64,000 bases of DNA, taken from contig CAVRVY010000004.1 in assembly GCA_963724765.1 (NCBI GenBank), positions 896,001-960,000 on the forward strand, given 5' to 3'. Below, one piece after another: positions 30,684-39,624 of the stretch. Each line of letters opens with the position of its first letter. Positions within the stretch are counted from its first letter, which is position 1. The stretch comes from an uncultured delta proteobacterium (lineage in GTDB: Bacteria; Desulfobacterota; Binatia; Binatales; Binataceae). The position numbers and the translations under genes were made by a program. The notes beneath the pieces are model-generated. The model saw nothing but the letters and a program-made list of their open reading frames with translations. It was not told where the DNA came from and made no database searches.

Positions 30684-32063
30684 CTAGCGGATGCTGTGCT
30701 TGTTGAGCAGGCGGTGAAGCGTCTTGCGATCGACCCCGGCCTTGCGCGCCGCCTGCGACACATTGCCGCCCTCGCGCCGGAGCAATTCTGCCACGTAGGC
30801 GGACTCGAGCTCGCTTACCCAGCGCTCCTTGGCTTCTTTCAGAGTAAGTTTGCTGGCGCCCTCGCCGGAAGATGGATGATCCGCCGGCGGCACCACGGTC
30901 CTGAGATGAGCGGGCAGGTCGGCGAGCGTGATCATCTCGCCTTCGGCCAGCGCGCAGGCCCGTTCGATCACGTTTTGCAGCTCGCGCACATTGCCGGGCC
31001 ACGAATACATCTCCAGCGCCGCCATCGCTTCCGGCTCGAATCCCTTGGGCGTCGCTTCGTCACGACGGGCGAATTTCTCCAGAAAGCTCATTGCCAGCAG
31101 TTCGACGTCGCCCTGGCGCTCGCGTAGCGGCGGAAGCGCGATCTCGATGACGGCGAGGCGGTAGTAGAGATCGTCGCGGAACTCGCCGGCCTTCACCAAC
31201 GCTCGCAGGTCGCGATTGGTGGCGCAGACGACGCGAATGTCAACGTCGATCTGCCGCGTGCCGCCCACTCGCCGGATCTGCCGCTCTTGGAGCGCACGCA
31301 GGAACTTGACCTGCAGGCTCAGCGGCAGCTCGCCAATCTCGTCCAGGAACAGCGTGCCGCGATGGGCGCTCTCGATGAGTCCCTGCTTCGCCGCCGTCGC
31401 ACCTGTGAATGCGCCCTTCTCATGGCCGAAGAGTTCCGACTCGAGCAGGTTTTCCGGCAGCGAAGCGCAATCCACCGGCACGAAGGGTTCGGCCGCGCGC
31501 GGGCTGTTGGCGTGGATCGCGCGCGCGATCAGCTCCTTGCCGGTTCCCGATTCGCCGAGCACCAGCATGTTGGCCTCCGAACGCGCCGCCTTGCGCACCA
31601 GCTCGAGCACCTGTTGGAGCGTACTGCTGCGGCCGATGATGTTCTCAAAGCCGAAGATTCCGCGCAGCTGCGCGCGCAGATGGAGGTTTTCCAGCTCCAG
31701 TCGCCGCCGAGTAAGTGCCCGTTCGACCGCAACCTTGAGCTGGTCGATTGAAAACGGTTTGGCGAGATAGTCGAACGCCCCCGCCTTCACCGCCGCGACC
31801 GCGGACTCAAGTGTCGCATGTGCGGTAAGCAACACGACCGGCATCTGCGGATCGATTTCGCGCGCCCTCCTCAGCATCTCCATTCCGTCCAACTCGGGCA
31901 TGCGAAGGTCGGTGAGCAGCAGATCAGGACGCTCCATCCCGAGCAGGCTCAAGGCCTCCCGCGCGTCATTAGTCGTGAGACATTGATAGCCGGCCGCACC
32001 CAGGATGCGCCGGCAAGTCTCGGTCATATCGGGTTCGTCGTCGACGATGAGTATTCGCTGCAC
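30684..32063 (-). CDS. Orphan sigma54-dependent response regulator (AtoC/ZraR-like)
   Basis: REC domain (DLRMP), [24 protein letters not shown] and HTH NVSQAARKAGVDRKTL. No adjacent kinase. Confidence 0.92.
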   Translation of the reverse strand: MQRILIVDDEPDMTETCRRILGAAGYQCLTTNDAREALSLLGMERPDLLLTDLRMPELDGMEMLRRAREIDPQMPVVLLTAHATLESAVAAVKAGAFDYLAKPFSIDQLKVAVERALTRRRLELENLHLRAQLRGIFGFENIIGRSSTLQQVLELVRKAARSEANMLVLGESGTGKELIARAIHANSPRAAEPFVPVDCASLPENLLESELFGHEKGAFTGATAAKQGLIESAHRGTLFLDEIGELPLSLQVKFLRALQERQIRRVGGTRQIDVDIRVVCATNRDLRALVKAGEFRDDLYYRLAVIEIALPPLRERQGDVELLAMSFLEKFARRDEATPKGFEPEAMAALEMYSWPGNVRELQNVIERACALAEGEMITLADLPAHLRTVVPPADHPSSGEGASKLTLKEAKERWVSELESAYVAELLRREGGNVSQAARKAGVDRKTLHRLLNKHSIR

Positions 32064-32162
32064 GATCGCTTGGAGCGGGAAGCTGCCCTACCGGACTTCG
32101 CCCTTCTGATTATGCCCATACAGGGCGGGCCGCTCCAAGCGGGCGGCAGCGTGCCCAAACGG

Positions 32163-34319
32163 TCACTCGTACCGGAGCGCTTCGATGGGATCGAGCATTG
32201 AGGCTTTGCGCGCCGGATACCATCCGAAGAACAAACCAACTGCCGCCGCGAAGGCAAACCCGCCGATCACCGCGGTCGGTGAAATGAGTGTCGGCCAGCC
32301 AGCCAGTGCGGACAGTACTTTCGACGCGACTATTCCGAGCGCGGCGCCCGCCAGTCCGCCCACGATGCTGAGCAGCGCGGACTCCACCAGGAACTGAAGA
32401 AGTATCTGCAAACGGCGCGCTCCGATCGCCATGCGGATTCCGATCTCTCGCGTTCGCTCAGTAACCGAGACCAGCATGATGTTCATGATTCCAATGCCGC
32501 CGACCAGCAGCGATATCGAGGCGACCGCCGCGACCAGCAGCGTCATGGCCTCGCTGGCGCTTTCCGAAGCTTGCGCGATTTCGCTGAGACTGCGGACGGT
32601 AAAGTCATCGTCCTGACCGGGGCCGATGTGATGACGCCGATGCAGAAACTGCTGGACCTGGGTTTGCGCCGAATCGACCTCCTGGGCGGTGCGCGCCTTG
32701 ATTAGGATCAGGTTCACCACGCCCGAGATTTTTGGCGGGCCACCGAATGGGTTGATGCGCGTGGTGCTCCCTTCATAGACCGGACTGGTCGCACTGGTGC
32801 TCGGCGCACCGAGGTAGGGGTCGAGGACAGGATTGCTCGATCCGGTTGAGCTTGCGGGAACGCTCGCCGTTACCTGCGAGGTGCCCAGTACCTTTCGCTC
32901 CGCGGTGCTGAAGGGAATGATTACGACGTCGTCCTGATCCTGGCCGTAGTTGGACTGGCCCTTGATGCCGAGCACACCGATCACGCGCAGGGGAAAATTC
33001 TTCACCCGAACGATCGTGCCGATCGGATCCTCACCCGGGCCGAACAGATTGTTCACCACCGTCCGTCCGAGCAAGCACACCGGCGCGGCGCTGCGCTCCT
33101 CGTCGTCGGTAAAGGCGCGGCCATCGACCACCGGCCAGTCGCGAATCATGAGATACGCGGGGGTGGTGCCGTTAATGCTGGTGCTCCAGTTCTGATGTGC
33201 GTACACAACCTGCGCCACCTGGCGGTCGGTGTAACTGGTTGCGGCGACGACGTTTATCTCCTTCCGAATCGCCTCGCCGTCCGCGACGGTCAGGGTCGAG
33301 AGACTGCCGGAACCCGCACGAACTCCGTTGGAAGTGGTGGCGCCGGGCAGCACCACCAGGAGATTGGTGCCGAGACTCTGGATCTGCTGTTGCACCGAAT
33401 AGCGCGCGCCATCACCTACCGCGACCATCGCGATCACCGCGGCGACTCCTATGAAAATGCCGAGCATGGTCAAAGCAGCGCGAGTCTTGTTGCGCCTGAG
33501 CGCTCGTGCCGCGGCACTCAGAGCCATGGGGCCAAATCTACGCGCGCGGGTTCGCCCGGCACTGGCAGTAGCCGGGGTCGGAGACGCGGGCTTCGCCGTG
33601 ACAGGCTCTCTGCTGGCAGCCGCTGCTTCAGCGCGAGCCTTTCGAACGTCGGAGATAATCGCGCCATCGCGGAAGGTCACCACGCGGTCCGTATACGCGG
33701 CGACGTCCGGATCGTGGGTCACCACCAGCACCGTGAGCCCCTGCTCACGGTTAAGCCGACTGATGATCTCCATGATCTCGGCTGAGTTCCTCGAGTCCAG
33801 ATTTCCGGTGGGCTCGTCGGCCAGCAGGATCGTCGGCTGGTTGATCAGCGCGCGCGCTATCGCAACGCGTTGCTGTTGTCCGCCAGAGAGCTGGTTCGGT
33901 TTGTTGTTTTCGCATCCCTGGAGCCCGAGCATTTCGAGCAGCAGCTCGGCGCGTTGCTCGCCCTCGCCGATTTGCTCCGAGTAAAAGAGCGGCAACTCGA
34001 CGTTCTCGAGCGCGGAGGTTCGCGAAAGCAGGTTGAAAGTTTGAAAGATGAAGCCAATTCGACGGCCGCGGATCGCCGCCAGCTCTTGCTCCCGAAGCGA
34101 GGCGACGTCGACTCCTTCCAGCTCGTAGTGGCCATCGGTGGGACGATCGAGGCATCCGATGATGTTCATCAGGGTCGACTTGCCCGAACCCGACGCGCCC
34201 ATGATCGCAATGAACTCGCCACGCTCGACGCAAAGTGAGACGTTCTGCAAGGCGCGCACTTCGACCTCACCCATCCGGTAGGTCTTGTTCAGCCCTTCAA
34301 TATGGATCACCGCCGACAT
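32163..34319 (-). CDS. macB: MacB-type ABC transporter (ATPase-permease fusion)
   Basis: GASGSGKS, LSGGQQQR, ADEPTGNLD, LTMLGIFIGVAAV, GGIGIMNIMLVSVTERTREIG and DPIEALRYE. Confidence 0.92.
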   Translation of the reverse strand: MSAVIHIEGLNKTYRMGEVEVRALQNVSLCVERGEFIAIMGASGSGKSTLMNIIGCLDRPTDGHYELEGVDVASLREQELAAIRGRRIGFIFQTFNLLSRTSALENVELPLFYSEQIGEGEQRAELLLEMLGLQGCENNKPNQLSGGQQQRVAIARALINQPTILLADEPTGNLDSRNSAEIMEIISRLNREQGLTVLVVTHDPDVAAYTDRVVTFRDGAIISDVRKARAEAAAASREPVTAKPASPTPATASAGRTRARRFGPMALSAAARALRRNKTRAALTMLGIFIGVAAVIAMVAVGDGARYSVQQQIQSLGTNLLVVLPGATTSNGVRAGSGSLSTLTVADGEAIRKEINVVAATSYTDRQVAQVVYAHQNWSTSINGTTPAYLMIRDWPVVDGRAFTDDEERSAAPVCLLGRTVVNNLFGPGEDPIGTIVRVKNFPLRVIGVLGIKGQSNYGQDQDDVVIIPFSTAERKVLGTSQVTASVPASSTGSSNPVLDPYLGAPSTSATSPVYEGSTTRINPFGGPPKISGVVNLILIKARTAQEVDSAQTQVQQFLHRRHHIGPGQDDDFTVRSLSEIAQASESASEAMTLLVAAVASISLLVGGIGIMNIMLVSVTERTREIGIRMAIGARRLQILLQFLVESALLSIVGGLAGAALGIVASKVLSALAGWPTLISPTAVIGGFAFAAAVGLFFGWYPARKASMLDPIEALRYE

Positions 34320-34326
34320 TGGATGC

Positions 34327-35517
34327 TCAATGCGCGAAGCGGAGCGTGGATGAAGACGCCGCCGGCGATGCCGCGGTGTTCGTGTCATCCGAACGCGCGG
34401 TTACTACCAATTCACCTGGCCTGAGGTCACCGCTCACGACCTCGACATATTGGCCATCGTCGAGTCCGGCTACGATCGACACTGGCCTGATAGCGCTGCC
34501 CTTCGCGACCCAGACCCGCCGCTCGCGCGAACCCGCCGGGTTCGTCGAGTTGTGCATCGCGGAGGTTGGCGAGAACCGCAATGCCTGGATTGGAACGCGA
34601 AGGACATTGTCGCGGCGTGCAGTAGTGATCGTCACGTTTGCGGTCATGCCGGGTTTGAGGAGGAATTCAGGATTGGGCACGTTCACCACGACGTCGTAGG
34701 TTGTAACGTTCTGCACACTGATCGGTACCTGGCGCACCTGCCCAAGAGTGCCCTCGAACACCCGATCCGGGAACGCGTCAACGCCGAAGACGGCGGTTTC
34801 TCCCTCCCGCACGTCGCCGATATCAGACTCGCTCACGTTGGTGTCGACCTGCATTTGCGTCAGGTCCTTCGCGATCAGAAACAGCGTCGGAGTCTCAAAG
34901 CTGGCGGCAACCGTCTGTCCAACATCCACGTTGCGCGAGACCACGGTACCGTCGACCGGCGAAATGATGTTGGTGTAGTCGAGATTGACCTGCGCCTCTT
35001 CGAGGTTGGCTTGCTGCTGTTTGATCATGGCGCGGTCCAGCGCGACTTGGGATACATCCTGTTGAAATGCGCTGCGCGCGTTGTCGAGCGTGTCTTGCGA
35101 GATCACCTTCTCGGCGAGCAGCTTCGTGTCACGCTCGTAGGTGAGGTTCTTGTAGGCGAGATCAGCCTGGTCTTTGCCGAGTTGGGCTTGCGCATTGCCA
35201 AGCGCAGCCGCCGCCTCATGCACTTTGACGGTGAACGGGCGAGGGTCGATTTTCGCGATCAGCTGTCCCGCTCTGACCGGCGAATTGAAATCCGCATAGA
35301 TGGCGATAATCGGCCCGGAGTCATAGGTGCCGACTTGCACGACGATCACGGGATTGACCGTGCCGGTCGCCGTGACCGAGCGGACCACTGAACCGCGGTC
35401 CACCTGCGCCGTGACATATCGAGGCCCGTCCTTGCGCCCGCTCATCCACCACAACGCAACCCCTGCCGTGATTAGCAGCGCGGCGGCAATCGGCCACAGG
35501 CGTTTGATAAGCGGCAC
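34327..35517 (-). CDS. macA: MacA-type periplasmic adaptor
   Basis: TM anchor, VTATGTVNP, DFNSPV, ISPVDGTVVSRNV and LKPGMTA. Start moved to GTG 35517 because the track's start (35541) lies inside the promoter motif. Confidence 0.88.
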   Translation of the reverse strand: MPLIKRLWPIAAALLITAGVALWWMSGRKDGPRYVTAQVDRGSVVRSVTATGTVNPVIVVQVGTYDSGPIIAIYADFNSPVRAGQLIAKIDPRPFTVKVHEAAAALGNAQAQLGKDQADLAYKNLTYERDTKLLAEKVISQDTLDNARSAFQQDVSQVALDRAMIKQQQANLEEAQVNLDYTNIISPVDGTVVSRNVDVGQTVAASFETPTLFLIAKDLTQMQVDTNVSESDIGDVREGETAVFGVDAFPDRVFEGTLGQVRQVPISVQNVTTYDVVVNVPNPEFLLKPGMTANVTITTARRDNVLRVPIQALRFSPTSAMHNSTNPAGSRERRVWVAKGSAIRPVSIVAGLDDGQYVEVVSGDLRPGELVVTARSDDTNTAASPAASSSTLRFAH

Positions 35518-35536
35518 CTCTATATTCCGTAGAGTA

Positions 35537-35552
35537 AGCACTGGCTATGCCA
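35537..35552 (-). promoter_or_regulatory. Sigma54 -24/-12 promoter of the macA-macB-regulator operon
   Basis: TGGCATAGCCAGTGCT. Confidence 0.6.
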
Positions 35553-35770
35553 CAGAAGATCAGGGGGACCTCGGACTCGGACGCTGACGGGTGTATCCGA
35601 TCGCACCACCGCGTGCCCTTGGTTCCTTTCGAGTCAGTATTCTCACAGCTTTTGGCGATGGGCAGTTGCGGTCCATTGCACCAACGAGCACATGCTGCGC
35701 AAATTGCGCCACCGTCATCGACACGCGGAGCAAACTTTGGTGGGAATAGCGGTGCCGAGACCGGTCGCAA

Positions 35771-35786
35771 CGGCATGGTTCATGCG
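35771..35786 (+). promoter_or_regulatory. Sigma54 -24/-12 promoter of the DUF2267 gene
   Basis: CGGCATGGTTCATGCG, about 28 nt before the ATG. Confidence 0.55.
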
Positions 35787-35813
35787 TGTCGCAGATGTAA
35801 GGGAAGTAAGCTC

Positions 35814-36239
35814 ATGGAAGAAGAAAAGTTTGTCCATACAGTCGCCGAGCAATTGACCGTTGACAAGCAGCAAGCGAGGAAGATCGTGGCAGCCGTCTTC
35901 CGCGAGCTGCGCGATCAGCTCACACCAAAGGAAACTGCGGATGCGGCGGCCCAGATGCCGACCGGGCTCAGACGGCTGTGGCTAGCTTCCGAATCCCCCG
36001 GCAGGGAAGTCAGGCGCATTCATAAGTCGGAATTTATCCGGGAGGTATCCGAACGGGCGGAGATTCAGGAGGCTGAGGCGTCGCACGCTGTGAAGGTCGT
36101 CTTCCAGACTTTGCAGGGGCTGTTCCAGAGCCCCACCGGACAAGAGGGGGAAGCCTGGGATATTTTCAGCCAGCTTCCGAAGGACCTTAAGAAACTATGG
36201 ATGGAGGCGGCGCGGCTGCAATCGCAGCGGCCTGTGTAG
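35814..36239 (+). CDS. DUF2267-family protein
   Basis: Two repeats of F...VA/SE...A...V.AVF..L...E..D..A/SQ(L/M)P..L..LW. Confidence 0.8.
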   Translation: MEEEKFVHTVAEQLTVDKQQARKIVAAVFRELRDQLTPKETADAAAQMPTGLRRLWLASESPGREVRRIHKSEFIREVSERAEIQEAEASHAVKVVFQTLQGLFQSPTGQEGEAWDIFSQLPKDLKKLWMEAARLQSQRPV

Positions 36240-36253
36240 CTACGCGTTGCGCC

Positions 36254-36691
36254 TCATTCGGATATTAGTATCCGCGGTTCGAGCCGAACCGGGGCGGAGA
36301 GCGATGCCGAAAGGAAACAAAGCTTGGCGCTTCTCTCCAGCACCTGCAATGCCGCGGCTGAGTCGGATCCGGCGGACAAGCCTAGCACTGGCCTCAGCAC
36401 AACTTCCGTGATTCGTACCACGCCTTCCTGGCGCTGGAGAAGTCCCTCGCCGGTGATATTGATCGACGTGTAGTCGAGCTTGGCCTCTACCGCTACCGCG
36501 CGCAGCGTGAAGAGAAAGCAGCTCTCGACCGACGCCACCAGGAGCTCTTCAGGGCTCCACGCATCGCCGGGGCCATCGAACTCGACCGGTGGCGCCATAC
36601 GTAGCTCGGGCAGGCCGCTGGCGTAGAGGGTCGCATAGCCGCCGGGGCCGTCTTTCAGAGTGACCTCGTAAAGATGCGGGAGCGGTTTCAT
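36254..36691 (-). CDS. OsmC/Ohr-family peroxidase-like protein
   Basis: PPVEFDG, WSPEELLVASVESC and a second Cys in KLCFLSASL; RBS GGAGG. Confidence 0.88.
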   Translation of the reverse strand: MKPLPHLYEVTLKDGPGGYATLYASGLPELRMAPPVEFDGPGDAWSPEELLVASVESCFLFTLRAVAVEAKLDYTSINITGEGLLQRQEGVVRITEVVLRPVLGLSAGSDSAAALQVLERSAKLCFLSASLSAPVRLEPRILISE

Positions 36692-36786
36692 AAATACCTC
36701 CGTTCTCGCTCGAACTGACAGACATTCCCGGCCTCGGTCCTAAGCGGCTTAAGCTCCGTTCTGGAGACGCTGGAGGACCGGATGAT

Positions 36787-37245
36787 TCAAGCGTGCGCCA
36801 CCTTTTCGATATGCTCCCGCAGTTTCATCGCCTGGTCCGACGAGCGTTTGCGAGCGTCTTCGCTGGCCTCAAGTTCGGCTTTGACCGCCTCGAGAGACTC
36901 GCCGAGGGTACGGACGCGCGCCCTTAGCTCTTCGCCCTGCTGCGTGGTCTCGCGCTCACGGCGGTCCAGATCCTTGAGCTCGTCTTCGAGGGTCGAAATG
37001 AGAACAGAATCTGCCCGAAGGCGAGCCAGTTCACTTACGTGATCTCGCAGCGCCTTTGCCTCCGCGAAAATCTGTTCGCGTTCGCGGGCGGCTTGCGACT
37101 GTTGCATCATGGCCGTTTCGATCGCCAGTTGCGCTTGCTCCACCTGGTTCCGGAGTTGCGTGATTCTGGTCGCACCATCGATGCCGTTCTCGTTCAGTCT
37201 CCTCATACTTTCCTGCAGGGCTCGGAGCAATGTCTCGTTTCTCAT
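36787..37245 (-). CDS. Coiled-coil hypothetical protein
   Basis: RBS GAGAGGG; heptad-like E/R/Q/L-rich sequence throughout. Confidence 0.6.
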   Translation of the reverse strand: MRNETLLRALQESMRRLNENGIDGATRITQLRNQVEQAQLAIETAMMQQSQAAREREQIFAEAKALRDHVSELARLRADSVLISTLEDELKDLDRRERETTQQGEELRARVRTLGESLEAVKAELEASEDARKRSSDQAMKLREHIEKVAHA

Positions 37246-38620
37246 AGTCTTTCCCTCTCTCCCAAGTTGATTCCTCAGCCTTATGCGTGAAGGCTTGATT
37301 CGGTTGAGCGCCTGGCGCAAGAATCCGTTTGACTTCATCGTCGCTGATCTGGTGAAAGTCCCGATAGAATTGTCCTACGGCAAAGAAATTCTCAGGAGTT
37401 TCCAGACAGATGATCTTGTCGGCGTCGTCGCGCAGCGCCTCGAGAGTTTCCGCGGGCGCGACCGGAACCGCCAGTATGACCTGCTTTGGTTTCGCCCGGC
37501 GCACTCCGCGAAGCGCCGCCCGCACCGATGCTCCGGTGGCGATCCCGTCGTCGACGACGATCACGGTCTTGCCTGCCAGTGGCACCGCGGGTTCCGTGCC
37601 GCGGTATTCGAGTTCGCGCCGCTTTGTCTCCTTGAGCTGCCGCTCGATTTCGCGGTTGATGTAGCCGTCCTCGACGCCGAGCGATTCGATCACTTCCTGG
37701 TTGAAGATCGCGTGCGGATGATCGCCATCGACCACCGCGCCGATTCCTAGTTCAGGCTGACCCGGCGCTCCGAGCTTGCGCACGACCACGATATCGAGAG
37801 GCGCCCCGAGGACTTCGGCGACTTCGCGCGCCACGGGCAGACCGCCACGTGGAATGCCAAGCACAACCACCCGCTCGCCCCTGTAAGAGGCCAGCGCGCC
37901 GGCCAGCATCCGCCCGGCCTCTACGCGGTTCGAAAACACGATCGGATTGCCGGTTGAGACGCGGGCTGCCGGCGTGCTTGCCAGATGGCGGACAAACCAT
38001 TCGTTTGCGAGGTTCGCCACCTGCTCCAGCGTTCCCGCTTCCTCAAACAGATGGGTGGCGCGGGGTACGATCTGCAGCGATTTCTCGCAGCGCAGGAGAC
38101 GGTACGCCTTCTCGTTGAGCTCGATTACCCCGTAGTCCCTGCCGCCTACGATAAGCAGAGTGGGCGCCCTGACGTCGGCCAGATGGCGCAGCGCAAGGTC
38201 GGGACGCCCGCCGCGCGAAACCACGGCGCGAATAGTATAGTCCTGGGCGGCGGCCGTCAGCGCGGCCGCGGATCCGGTGCTGGCGCCGAAATATCCCAGT
38301 GCGTAGGCGTTCGTGTCCCGGCCTGCCCTCAGCCACCTCGTCGCGTCGCCAAGCCGATGGGCGAGGAAGTCGATGTCGAAAACGTTCTCGCGGTCGGTCG
38401 CCTCCTCGTCGGTCAGGAGGTCGAACAGCAGTGTGCCGATGCCAGCCTGTTGAAGCGCCTGCGCGACATACTGGTTACGCGGGCTCAGGCGGCTACTGCC
38501 GCTGCCGTGCGCGAATAATACGATCCCGATGGCGCCCTCGGGCATGACCAATTCGCCCTCCAAGCGCACCGAATCGGAAGGTATCAACTCTCGGCTTTGG
38601 CTTATACGTCGCTTCGTCAT
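37031..38620 (-). CDS. Dienelactone-hydrolase-like alpha/beta hydrolase fused to a phosphoribosyltransferase
   Basis: FAHGSGSSRLSPRN, GYFGASTG, VVSRGGRPDL and HLFEE, followed by FSNRVEAGR.L, GIPRGG, VVDDGIATG and AVGQFY. The tail after about 37310 looks like read-through. Confidence 0.88.
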   Translation of the reverse strand: MTKRRISQSRELIPSDSVRLEGELVMPEGAIGIVLFAHGSGSSRLSPRNQYVAQALQQAGIGTLLFDLLTDEEATDRENVFDIDFLAHRLGDATRWLRAGRDTNAYALGYFGASTGSAAALTAAAQDYTIRAVVSRGGRPDLALRHLADVRAPTLLIVGGRDYGVIELNEKAYRLLRCEKSLQIVPRATHLFEEAGTLEQVANLANEWFVRHLASTPAARVSTGNPIVFSNRVEAGRMLAGALASYRGERVVVLGIPRGGLPVAREVAEVLGAPLDIVVVRKLGAPGQPELGIGAVVDGDHPHAIFNQEVIESLGVEDGYINREIERQLKETKRRELEYRGTEPAVPLAGKTVIVVDDGIATGASVRAALRGVRRAKPKQVILAVPVAPAETLEALRDDADKIICLETPENFFAVGQFYRDFHQISDDEVKRILAPGAQPNQAFTHKAEESTWERGKDYEKRDIAPSPAGKYEETERERHRWCDQNHATPEPGGASATGDRNGHDATVASRPRTRTDFRGGKGAARSRK

Positions 38621-38633
38621 ACCCAAGACTGAC

Positions 38634-38649
38634 AGCATCAGCTGTGCCA
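38634..38649 (-). promoter_or_regulatory. Sigma54 -24/-12 promoter of the hydrolase-PRT gene
   Basis: TGGCACAGCTGATGCT, about 14 nt before the ATG, so near-leaderless if real. Confidence 0.6.
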
Positions 38650-38905
38650 CAGGAGTGACGTCCGACTCGCCGGTTTGGCACCATTTGCTATCGCCCCACT
38701 GGGCAGAAAGGAGACAGGACTGGTCCCGGAGGAGCCATTCTTCTGAACTGCACCGCAGGGATTATCAAGTCAGGGCGCCAGCCTCGGCAAGCGAATCCAT
38801 ACCGGCCGAATTCCCGGCCACGTCTCCGGATTACGCCAGAACTGTATCCGCCACGCCGCGTTTCCGGCATCCGACGATCAGGGCAAGTTTAGAATCAGAT
38901 GCTAG

Positions 38906-38921
38906 TGGCACGGGGACTGCA
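38906..38921 (+). promoter_or_regulatory. Sigma54 -24/-12 promoter of the hemerythrin-like gene
   Basis: TGGCACGGGGACTGCA, about 37 nt before the ATG. Confidence 0.68.
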
Positions 38922-38957
38922 CAAGCTAGTCGCTGGAGCACTTCGAAGGGGCCAATC

Positions 38958-39449
38958 ATGGAGACCAAACAAGTACCGCAAGTAGCGAGCAAAGAGTCGC
39001 AGATGAAGTTCACTCTGGCGAAGCTGGCCGACGAGGATGCCAGGCTGAGGCGGCCGATCCTGGAGGCGGCCTCGGTCGCCGCCCGGCTCTCGCTCGACCC
39101 CGGCAACCTTGAGTTGCGTGAAAGAGCCGCCAAGGCATGGTCGCGGATCGATTCCGTCATCGCGAGACACCTCGACAAGAAGGAACGCACGGTGCTGCCG
39201 TGGGCCGAGTCGCTTGCGGACTTTCCCGGCCAACTGGTCGATCGCGCGCGTAAAAAGCACGAACAGATCACGGCACTGCACGACATCATCGCCACACACT
39301 CCTTTGAAAAGGGGCGCGACGAAGAGGTCGCCGCCGAGGCGCGCAACCTCTGCGTTTACGCGACAACGCTCGACGATCTCATAGCCGGCGAGGAACGCGA
39401 ACTGTTCCCGGTGATGCGCCGGGTGCTCTTTCGTCACCCGCAAACCTGA
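38958..39449 (+). CDS. Hemerythrin-like (HHE) domain protein with degenerate ligands
   Basis: Four-helix pattern H..KKE..VLP / KKHEQI / GEERELFP. Confidence 0.7.
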   Translation: METKQVPQVASKESQMKFTLAKLADEDARLRRPILEAASVAARLSLDPGNLELRERAAKAWSRIDSVIARHLDKKERTVLPWAESLADFPGQLVDRARKKHEQITALHDIIATHSFEKGRDEEVAAEARNLCVYATTLDDLIAGEERELFPVMRRVLFRHPQT

Positions 39450-39624
39450 GCCGGCGGTGCAACGAGGCTCGCGATCGCATGACCTGGAAGACCATCGAGA
39501 AGCCCCGGCGGGCGGGGCCCTTATACCCAACCTGATGGACTATGAGCAGGCCCGCATGAAGTAACCCCGATTTGTCCTGTGCAGCCGTGGGAGAAGATCG
39601 ACAAGCCGCAGTCTCGGCAGATAG

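Noticed and set aside
38676-38690. TGGCACCATTTGCT as a sigma54 promoter
   Set aside because: The spacing is GG-N8-GC, not N10.
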